DNA of 32,000 nt, taken from positions 960,001 through 992,000 of the forward strand of contig NC_000916.1 of assembly GCF_000008645.1 (NCBI RefSeq), read 5' to 3'. Source of the DNA: Methanothermobacter thermautotrophicus str. Delta H (GTDB lineage Archaea; Methanobacteriota; Methanobacteria; Methanobacteriales; Methanothermobacteraceae). How positions within the stretch are numbered: the stretch's first letter is position 1; each line of letters begins with the position of its first letter. Made by a program: the position numbers and the translations under genes. Shown one piece after another: positions 20,901 through 29,338 of the stretch. Under the pieces are notes generated by a model, which was not told the DNA's origin, did no database searches, and worked only from the letters and a program-made list of their open reading frames with translations.

Positions 20901-22380
20901 GATTGTTAACAGACTTGTCTATGGTGAGGTCTGATGCCGGTGGAGAATTCAGGGCTGCTGATGCGTAGTTGTTTGCCATGTCTGGGTCGAAGACGTCACC
21001 TGTCACGTTGGCGTTGTTGACAATTGCCCCTGTTGCTGTGACCGTGGCTGTGATGTTCAGTGTTACCGTCTCGAAGTATTCAAGGTTTCCTATGGTCCAT
21101 ATACCTGTGGTGCTGTTGTAGATTCCCCTGGATGCACTTGCTGATACGAAGCTCAGCTGTGGTGGTAGAAGATCCGTTACATAAACGCCAGTGGCATTGT
21201 TTGGGCCATAGTTCACCACGGTGATTGTGAATCTGACGGTATCGCCAATGCTGGGTGCCGTGTTGTTGACTGTTTTTGCAATTGCAAGGTCGGCCCTCTC
21301 AAGTGCCCGGATGGTGATATTCTCACCGAAGTCTGAGTTGTAGTGGTAGCTTGAACCGCTCCTGTCTGTTATGAGACCGAAGAGCCTGGTCACCCCTGCG
21401 CCGGTAACGTTGAACAGCCAGACAGATACAAAGTTTGTCTGACCCTGTGCGTCAAGGCGTACATTGTTGCTGGTGTTTGGTCCGTAGGTCACCGTTACGT
21501 TGATGGGCTGGATAATTGCCGGGTTGTAGTTGGTTAGTGGAAGGTTAAGGATATCATATCCGGCTGATGCCGTTGTTGATACGACTGTGACTGCAATCAC
21601 GTCTCCAATGGCCGGTGACGGGTTACTCACAGTTATGGATACCACGTCATTACGGTTCTGTGAGACAAGTTTCTCAACATAGAGTGTTCCGTTTATGGTG
21701 TCAGCGGAACCCGTGTTCGTCCCGCCCACCGTCACCGTATAATTCCTGGACGTCAGGTAGGCAAGTGAATTCCTTGATACCTCCACAAGGTAGAAGACAT
21801 CCACCGTTGCACCCGGTGCTATATCACCCAGGTACTTGCTGGCTGTTTCATTCGCCGCGAGGTCGACGTAGGGATTGGTTGAAGTGAATGTGAGGTTGGC
21901 TGTTACATTAGTTGCGGTGGTCAGGGCATCGTTCCTGACACGTATCTGGATGAGATACTGGTTGGGACCGACATTCACATTATTATGGTCAAGCCCGATG
22001 ATGTCCCATGAACCCTTGGTCAAGTTCAGGGTTCCGAGCCTGAAATCGGCAGTGGCTCTTCCTGACTCATCAAGGGTTACAGTGCTGGATGGTATCACGT
22101 GTCTAGGTGCAACTGCTGAGACAATAAATGTCCGGTCGGCTGCCTGGAAACTCACAGAGTAACTTCCATCCGGACCTGTTACCCCGGATGCCACACTGGA
22201 ACCATTAACTGAGGCCACGTTTATAACTGCGCCCTCAAATGGATCTGTACCGTTACACTGTGTCACAGTTCCAGTTATGAGTGCATTAGAATCAGTCTGA
22301 TTGTCAGAATCGGCGGCACTTACTGTTCCAATGGTAAGAATCACCAGAAGAATCGAAAGTGCCAGTGTAAATCTCTTCAT
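17956..22380 (-). CDS. large secreted surface protein with nine DUF11-type (conserved repeat domain) repeats and a C-terminal anchor/sorting-like signal
   Basis: 1474-aa ORF with ATG after GGGGGGGTGA. It has an N-terminal signal peptide (MKRFTLALSILLVILTIGTVSA/AD) and a CarboxypepD_reg-like segment (ITGTVT...GAVINV...TGPDGSYSVSF). Nine units of about 118 aa follow, of the form D-L-x-I-x-K-x-V...V-x-F-x-[IV]-x-V-x-N-x-G-P...A-x-G-V-x-V-x-D-x-L-P-x-G-L. Confidence 0.8.
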   Translation of the reverse strand: MKRFTLALSILLVILTIGTVSAADSDNQTDSNALITGTVTQCNGTDPFEGAVINVASVNGSSVASGVTGPDGSYSVSFQAADRTFIVSAVAPRHVIPSSTVTLDESGRATADFRLGTLNLTKGSWDIIGLDHNNVNVGPNQYLIQIRVRNDALTTATNVTANLTFTSTNPYVDLAANETASKYLGDIAPGATVDVFYLVEVSRNSLAYLTSRNYTVTVGGTNTGSADTINGTLYVEKLVSQNRNDVVSITVSNPSPAIGDVIAVTVVSTTASAGYDILNLPLTNYNPAIIQPINVTVTYGPNTSNNVRLDAQGQTNFVSVWLFNVTGAGVTRLFGLITDRSGSSYHYNSDFGENITIRALERADLAIAKTVNNTAPSIGDTVRFTITVVNYGPNNATGVYVTDLLPPQLSFVSASASRGIYNSTTGIWTIGNLEYFETVTLNITATVTATGAIVNNANVTGDVFDPDMANNYASAALNSPPASDLTIDKSVNNPEPYVGENIQYTITVSNRGPDNAAGVVVEDVLPAGLIPISATPSKGSYYMGTWNVGTLNYLEIATLTIIARVNATGSLTNFANITSPNFDPNPDNNNDTAEVVGIPVADLLIVKQVSDPRPDYGSVVTFTVAVTNLGPSNATGVTVTDILSPGLVYLSHTVTQGTYNATTGVWYIGALNYAASALMNLTVLVNTTGDSNNTVSVTGNERDPDRTNNDAVSTLNAVSADLSIQKTVDRPVINNGETATFTVIVRNAGPDTPSNVVVSDLLPAGLSIISYTVTQGSFNTTTGVWEVGSLPALFQATLTLVVRATQAGFQTNIVNVSSELPDPLPGDNVDAVTVDVRPSADVKITKTVSNTAPDFGDTVVFYITVTNLGPDTATVVRTVDTMPSGLVYQSHSASAGIYFVEFNVWTVDSLAPGASETLNITVLVNATGGMINTVSVTSTEYDPDLTNNHAAGLLNAEAVADIAVQKTVLLTPINNGQITNFTVTVTNNGPNDATGVAVTDILPPGLGLLSHSASQGTFAGGLWTVGDLANGTSATLVLEVIANAAGIFTNYVNASAEEYDPLLSNNNATALLTVNPSSDISITKTVSNSTPNFGEQITFFVTVTNNGPDDATGVTVTEMLPEGLVYQSHAISQGICYPLACIWIVGDLANGASATLNFTVLVNTTGELINRVQAVGDQFDPYPENNTANVTVTIPPAAYLVIDKVVNATVVDFNDTVRFVVSVTNMGPDDSVGVVVNDVLPAGLDYVSHSASQGSYDVGTGVWLVGSLVRDAVATLEIVARVAVSNTTLTNIANVTSDTYNPNPDRDANATVTANPRAELTITKTADRRAVRLGQNVKFTVTVTNNGPDTALNTTVVDRLPDSMRYVSSSATVGSYNPVTGVWLIGDLPSGSSAVLEIVVQMIRRGTFINVATVSSGSSGGNNTTEVDIEVTEPTPGPGPSPGRVPMQPTGAPVAALMAGLLLLAAGSAIARRR
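18088..21294 (-). repeat. nine tandem, diverged coding repeats of about 354 bp (DUF11 units)
   Basis: The repeats span aa 363 to about 1431 of the surface protein. Unit starts are ADLAIAK, DLTIDK, DLLIVK, DLSIQK, DVKITK, DIAVQK, DISITK, YLVIDK and ELTITK. At the DNA level, recurring motifs such as GGTCCATTGTT[CT]GT[AC]ACCGT[CT]AC (the NNGP region) are visible on the plus strand. Confidence 0.8.
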
Positions 22381-22637
22381 TTTTCACCCCCCCTTTAAAT
22401 TTTTTACACATTTACCTATTATGTTGAGGAGATATTTATAATCTTCTAATTTAATGCCCAGAACGGCCTTCAGGAAGATTTTATATTTAATTCCGGAGGG
22501 GTCAGAAGGTGATATACATCACCCAACACCGGTCAGCGCAAGTACCCTCCAGAGAAAGTTGCGTCGAATAGCATTATTTTGCGCCCCACATATACATCAG
22601 ATGGGTGATCCATGCCTAAATCGAATGAATTTTATAG

Positions 22638-23306
22638 ATGGTCATAGAATCAAAACTTATGAAGTCCGTGGTTTTCATTGGTAGGGGCCTCGCTGAATAC
22701 ATCGATATGTTCAGCCTGGATCCCATGGAACTGGAGGGCAGCAGGATACTTGACTGTGCTGCAGGTGTGAGCTCATTCCGGAGCGAAATGGATGAGATGG
22801 GATTCAGTGTAACAGCCGTGGACCCCCTCTACAGCAGGACCCCCGATGAAATTAAAAAACTGGCATGCGAAAGTTTCAGGAGCCACACCATGAACCATAG
22901 GGACTTTTTAAGGGATTTCAGGGTTGATGGGATCCCTGTTGAGGATTACCGGAGGATGGTTTTCAGAAGATTCCTGGATGACTATAAAAGGAACCCATCA
23001 GAGTACATAGCCGGTGAACTCCCCTTTCTCCCATTTGATGATGGGGAATTTGACCTGGTGGTCTCTGCAAATTTCCTTTTCCTGTATGAGGACCTGCTGG
23101 ACTACAGTTTCCATGTTGAATCTGTGAGGGAGATGCTCAGGATCGGGAAAGAGGTTAGAATATTTCCTGTGTACAATATACACAGAAGAAAGCGTTCTTT
23201 ACACCTTAAACCATTGATGGATGAATTTAATGATTATGACATTGAGGTCAGGAAGGTTAAGTACCATGAGGAGGCCGGCTGTAATGAAATGTTAATCATA
23301 AAATAA
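22638..23306 (+). CDS. class I SAM-dependent methyltransferase (substrate unknown)
   Basis: Motif I in RILDCAAGVSSF, a post-I acidic residue in VTAVDP, and FDLVVSANFLF (motif IV region). The start is uncertain. ATG 22659 lies about 25 nt downstream of TTTTATAG (22630-22637) and could be a leaderless start. Confidence 0.55.
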   Translation: MVIESKLMKSVVFIGRGLAEYIDMFSLDPMELEGSRILDCAAGVSSFRSEMDEMGFSVTAVDPLYSRTPDEIKKLACESFRSHTMNHRDFLRDFRVDGIPVEDYRRMVFRRFLDDYKRNPSEYIAGELPFLPFDDGEFDLVVSANFLFLYEDLLDYSFHVESVREMLRIGKEVRIFPVYNIHRRKRSLHLKPLMDEFNDYDIEVRKVKYHEEAGCNEMLIIK

Positions 23307-23334
23307 AATCCGGATCAAACAACTGGTTCTATAG

Positions 23335-23358
23335 TTCGTTATAGCTTTATATAACGAA
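23335..23358. terminator. hairpin between the methyltransferase stop and the first CRISPR repeat
   Basis: TTCGTTATA (23335-23343) pairs with TATAACGAA (23350-23358) around a 6-nt loop. The function is unproven. Confidence 0.25.
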
Positions 23359-24572
23359 ATAAACGCATTCAAATTTCAATCCCATTTTGGTCTGATTTTA
23401 ACTATCTTATGTCCGTTATTTTTTACCTACGTTGCAGATTTCAATCCCATTTTGGTCTGATTTTAACCAACAATAAAATTCAGGGGGACTGAGTACATAA
23501 AAGATTTCAATCCCATTTTGGTCTGATTTTAACGATTGAAATTACTGAGGATGGTCTCTACTTCCACCTTATTTCAATCCCATTTTGGTCTGATTTTAAC
23601 ACGGCGTCTGTGACGTCGTTAGAGAGGATGGAGTCGTATTTCAATCCCATTTTGGTCTGATTTTAACGGTTTTGTGTGGGTGTGCATTCTGGTTGTGGTT
23701 GGTCATTTCAATCCCATTTTGGTCTGATTTTAACAAGCGCCGGGCAGACAGCACACATACAAGACTTCACAAATTTCAATCCCATTTTGGTCTGATTTTA
23801 ACTTTCACGATGACTCTGTTGAGTTCATCGTATTCTTTCCATTTCAATCCCATTTTGGTCTGATTTTAACTGATGTTGGGAAGGTTTGGCCATCTGAATG
23901 ATTTGAATTTCAATCCCATTTTGGTCTGATTTTAACTCAACATGGGGACATACGTCCAGGGGGACAGACGCATTTCAATCCCATTTTGGTCTGATTTTAA
24001 CTCACCCTCCAGACTAGCTCATCAATGTACCCATTACCATTTCAATCCCATTTTGGTCTGATTTTAACGAAATACAACCCCACACGCCAGTCCATCCTCT
24101 TTCATTTCAATCCCATTTTGGTCTGATTTTAACCTGTCTGCCCCTATTGTTTTGATCATGTTTGTGCATGATTTCAATCCCATTTTGGTCTGATTTTAAC
24201 CCTTTAGAACTAAAAAAATAACAAAATAAAAAAAGACATTTCAATCCCATTTTGGTCTGATTTTAACGGGTTCTCATAGATGGGCGACAGAAAGACATGA
24301 AAAATTTCAATCCCATTTTGGTCTGATTTTAACCCGTTACTCATGCATTATTAGTGAGAAACAACTCTTTATTTCAATCCCATTTTGGTCTGATTTTAAC
24401 GATTGAAATTACTGAGGATGGTCTCTACTTCCACCTTATTTCAATCCCATTTTGGTCTGATTTTAACGGTCGGTGCCCGGGTCGGGTCGGTGCCCGGGTC
24501 GGGTATTTCAATCCCATTTTGGTCTGATTTTAACTATCATCACGCTTGAAGAGTATAATAAAGTTGTTAAGA

Positions 24573-24803
24573 ATTTCAATCCCATTTTGGTCTGATTTTA
24601 ACTGTTCACTATTTGGGTCATTTATGGGTACTATTTTGATTTCAATCCCATTTTGGTCTGATTTTAACTATGAGGGCTGTGCATGCACGGATCAGCAAGG
24701 AAACAAATTTCAATCCCATTTTGGTCTGATTTTAACTCAGATTCTTTCTGACAATAATATGAGGTGATATAAAATTTCAATCCCATTTTGGTCTGATTTT
24801 AAC
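24573..24803. repeat. 231-bp CRISPR block (repeats 19-22, spacers 19-21), copy A of a dispersed duplication
   Basis: It is identical by eye to 29108-29338. The flanking spacers differ. Confidence 0.9.
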
Positions 24804-25242
24804 AGTATGTGCAGTATCCTCTCTATGTCCCCTTCATTCATTTCAATCCCATTTTGGTCTGATTTTAACCCTATATTATGTCCATTATTTTTCATTTACG
24901 CTGCAGATTTCAATCCCATTTTGGTCTGATTTTAACAATATTGAAACGTTCAAGGACATGTTGAAGAGGTATGATTTCAATCCCATTTTGGTCTGATTTT
25001 AACGAGGAAACGTTTACCCTTGAAGGGCGTAAGGCCTGATAATTTCAATCCCATTTTGGTCTGATTTTAACTTTCGGTGGGGGGTAGGTGGGGGGTGTGA
25101 AGGTAGATATTTCAATCCCATTTTGGTCTGATTTTAACGTATCCATGACTCCTGATGCCCTGGCACGTCGAAGTCAATTTCAATCCCATTTTGGTCTGAT
25201 TTTAACAGTATGTGCAGTATCCTCTCTATGTCCCCTTCATTC

Positions 25243-25508
25243 ATTTCAATCCCATTTTGGTCTGATTTTAACGGTTTAGGGACTGTGAGATCGTTGTTGA
25301 ACATAATAAATTTCAATCCCATTTTGGTCTGATTTTAACTCGGTGGGGGTAGGTGGGGGTATAATCAGAACAAATATTTCAATCCCATTTTGGTCTGATT
25401 TTAACGGTTTAGGGACTGTGAGATCGTTGTTGAACATAATAAATTTCAATCCCATTTTGGTCTGATTTTAACTCGGTGGGGGTAGGTGGGGGTATAATCA
25501 GAACAAAT
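25243..25508. repeat. tandem duplication, 2 x 133 bp (two repeat-spacer units each)
   Basis: Spacers 29 and 30 (25273-25309, 25340-25375) recur exactly as spacers 31 and 32 (25406-25442, 25473-25508). Confidence 0.9.
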
Positions 25509-26847
25509 ATTTCAATCCCATTTTGGTCTGATTTTAACAATATAGTGCAAATGATTCTAGAAAATAGTAAAATAATTTCAATCCCATTTTGGTCTGATTT
25601 TAACTAAAATGAAAAAAAGATTCAAAAAAACATGCAAATGATTTCAATCCCATTTTGGTCTGATTTTAACACAAAGTGCCCCGCATGTCGTGAAAAGATG
25701 AAGAAAATTTCAATCCCATTTTGGTCTGATTTTAACCGTGGAGGGCCTCGACTACTACAAGGCTATCAGGTTATTTCAATCCCATTTTGGTCTGATTTTA
25801 ACTGAATCTGACATGAACTGCTATTGCTGTAACCGATATATTTCAATCCCATTTTGGTCTGATTTTAACGCTAAAAAGGAGTACCTGCAACGGAAAGTAC
25901 CGGTATTTCAATCCCATTTTGGTCTGATTTTAACCTTTTAAATCCTCTAAAAACTGTTCTAAACACCAATCATTTCAATCCCATTTTGGTCTGATTTTAA
26001 CAACTTCACAGAAAAGCCTCCATGGAGCAAGTGCTCTATTTCAATCCCATTTTGGTCTGATTTTAACAAGAGGTGAAAGATATGAAAATAAAAGTAAAAA
26101 TAGAATTTCAATCCCATTTTGGTCTGATTTTAACCTCCTCACTACCACTAAGATCATATGCTGCCGCATAAATTTCAATCCCATTTTGGTCTGATTTTAA
26201 CAGGAGAAACTGGATAGGAGGTGAATGAGATGATTGAATTTCAATCCCATTTTGGTCTGATTTTAACATGTTTTTGAGGTCGTATAGCACTATGATCGCA
26301 CAAATTTCAATCCCATTTTGGTCTGATTTTAACGATTTTGACGGTGAGTACAATCTCTGCTGTCAGAACTGATTTCAATCCCATTTTGGTCTGATTTTAA
26401 CAGGTTTATGGGTTCTAAACAATAGAACCCCTGATTAATTTCAATCCCATTTTGGTCTGATTTTAACATAGAATGAAGAGGAAATACAAGAAAACATGCA
26501 AATGATTTCAATCCCATTTTGGTCTGATTTTAACGGGTTAATAAAATCGTCGATGATGTTGTAGACAAAATCAATTTCAATCCCATTTTGGTCTGATTTT
26601 AACATGGATGAGGAAGGTGACGGCCCTGGGAAGTACAGGGATTTCAATCCCATTTTGGTCTGATTTTAACACATACCCTTCTTCATATAAGAACTGCACA
26701 TAGTCAATATTTCAATCCCATTTTGGTCTGATTTTAACCGAGAAGGGTGAGGACGTCCTTGAGGGCGCATACGATGTCCTATTTCAATCCCATTTTGGTC
26801 TGATTTTAACGCTTAGTCGTTATAATCGAGTCGATAAGATTCTTTGA

Positions 26848-27649
26848 ATTTCAATCCCATTTTGGTCTGATTTTAACCCGTGCTGAGGATGTCTTCGTGT
26901 ACCCGGTCCTTCTATTTCAATCCCATTTTGGTCTGATTTTAACCTGTAGCGAATTACTCCGCTGAGTTCTCATCCTTTGATATTTCAATCCCATTTTGGT
27001 CTGATTTTAACCCATTTTGTTGCCTCATTTAAACTCATCTTTAAAATTATTTCAATCCCATTTTGGTCTGATTTTAACGCAGAGGAAAACGAAGAAAAGG
27101 AGAAAATAGAAGCCAATTTCAATCCCATTTTGGTCTGATTTTAACCTATCTAAGTAGTATGAGTCTTCAAAGAGGATATTGAATTTCAATCCCATTTTGG
27201 TCTGATTTTAACCAGGCTTAGTGTGGGTTTTATTGAATCTGTACTTATATTTCAATCCCATTTTGGTCTGATTTTAACCCGTGCTGAGGATGTCTTCGTG
27301 TACCCGGTCCTTCTATTTCAATCCCATTTTGGTCTGATTTTAACCTGTAGCGAATTACTCCGCTGAGTTCTCATCCTTTGATATTTCAATCCCATTTTGG
27401 TCTGATTTTAACCCATTTTGTTGCCTCATTTAAACTCATCTTTAAAATTATTTCAATCCCATTTTGGTCTGATTTTAACGCAGAGGAAAACGAAGAAAAG
27501 GAGAAAATAGAAGCCAATTTCAATCCCATTTTGGTCTGATTTTAACCTATCTAAGTAGTATGAGTCTTCAAAGAGGATATTGAATTTCAATCCCATTTTG
27601 GTCTGATTTTAACCAGGCTTAGTGTGGGTTTTATTGAATCTGTACTTAT
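26848..27649. repeat. tandem duplication, 2 x 401 bp (six repeat-spacer units each)
   Basis: Spacers 53-58 (26878-27248) recur in the same order as spacers 59-64 (27279-27649). Every repeat start is offset by exactly 401 bp. Confidence 0.92.
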
Positions 27650-29107
27650 ATTTCAATCCCATTTTGGTCTGATTTTAACAGGTGAGAAAAAATGAAAGGA
27701 AAAGAAGTTGAGAAAATTTCAATCCCATTTTGGTCTGATTTTAACTGGCTTGGCCAGGCTGGGGTCCAGGCCACCCTCATCGCATTTCAATCCCATTTTG
27801 GTCTGATTTTAACACTTATTTATCGATAAAGTTCTACTCACATGTTTAGTATTTCAATCCCATTTTGGTCTGATTTTAACGGGGAGGACCTCATAAAATT
27901 TTTGGATTAAAATGTGATTTCAATCCCATTTTGGTCTGATTTTAACTTTCCCTGAGATGATGTCCTTGATTGTGCTGCATTTCAATCCCATTTTGGTCTG
28001 ATTTTAACATATACATCATATATTAATAAAATAAAAAAAATCAATAATTTCAATCCCATTTTGGTCTGATTTTAACGAGTTCATTGTACTCATTGATCGT
28101 CTCTTCATCCCCATTTCAATCCCATTTTGGTCTGATTTTAACTGGATTATTGGGACTTACATGCGACAGATTTTTATAATTTCAATCCCATTTTGGTCTG
28201 ATTTTAACGGATCTGAAAATAAAGAAAGCTTCAAATCAAAAAATAATTTCAATCCCATTTTGGTCTGATTTTAACCTTCTAGCAAGAGACATTGACGATA
28301 TACACAAGTACATTTCAATCCCATTTTGGTCTGATTTTAACCGGGGAGAGTCTGACATTCTTGAAGTAGAACCTCCCCATTTCAATCCCATTTTGGTCTG
28401 ATTTTAACTCACACTGTACCCGAACTTCTCCGCGACTTTCTTTAATTTCAATCCCATTTTGGTCTGATTTTAACAGAGGTTATGAAATCAGTAATAGCCT
28501 CAAGGAGTAAGATTTCAATCCCATTTTGGTCTGATTTTAACTAAAAGTAACCTATAACAATTACCTATGGCTCATAAATTTCAATCCCATTTTGGTCTGA
28601 TTTTAACCCTCAGTAATGTAATAATCGATATAGCAAGTTGCGATGATTTCAATCCCATTTTGGTCTGATTTTAACACGTAACAGTATATACTGTCCAAAA
28701 TGTGCCGCAGAAATTTCAATCCCATTTTGGTCTGATTTTAACCTATAGGGTCATCCTCGAGGACAGCGCCCGCTTGATTTCAATCCCATTTTGGTCTGAT
28801 TTTAACGGCTCGGCCAGGCAGGGGTGGAAATGGAACTCGTCGATTTCAATCCCATTTTGGTCTGATTTTAACTATGACGCCCTCAAAGTCTTTTTCCCGT
28901 GCGGCCTCGATTTCAATCCCATTTTGGTCTGATTTTAACCATGTCATGACCCGTGCCATGATCCGCCGATCAAAAATTTCAATCCCATTTTGGTCTGATT
29001 TTAACTCGAATGCCTATTAAGCCTGTATTCAGCATTAGAAGAATTTCAATCCCATTTTGGTCTGATTTTAACAGGCCTGGTTCATGGTCGAGGGTCTCCT
29101 TGCTTAT

Positions 29108-29338
29108 ATTTCAATCCCATTTTGGTCTGATTTTAACTGTTCACTATTTGGGTCATTTATGGGTACTATTTTGATTTCAATCCCATTTTGGTCTGATTTT
29201 AACTATGAGGGCTGTGCATGCACGGATCAGCAAGGAAACAAATTTCAATCCCATTTTGGTCTGATTTTAACTCAGATTCTTTCTGACAATAATATGAGGT
29301 GATATAAAATTTCAATCCCATTTTGGTCTGATTTTAAC
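29108..29338. repeat. 231-bp CRISPR block (repeats 87-90, spacers 87-89), copy B of the dispersed duplication
   Basis: It is identical by eye to 24573-24803, 4535 bp away. Confidence 0.9.

Noticed and set aside
22454-22684. 76-aa ORF in the gap between the surface-protein and methyltransferase genes.
   Set aside because: It has no RBS and no recognisable motif, and it overlaps the methyltransferase start region in another frame. It is most likely non-coding promoter DNA.
23307-23372. Possible degenerate terminal repeat plus relic spacer left of repeat 1. The flank shares a 12-mer ATATAACGAAAT with spacer 90 (29339-29374).
   Set aside because: I could not align 23307-23336 convincingly to the repeat; the AATCC and TGGT landmarks are 7 nt out of register. 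A single 12-mer match among this many comparisons may be chance. It is worth an automated check, but the sequence does not support it by eye.
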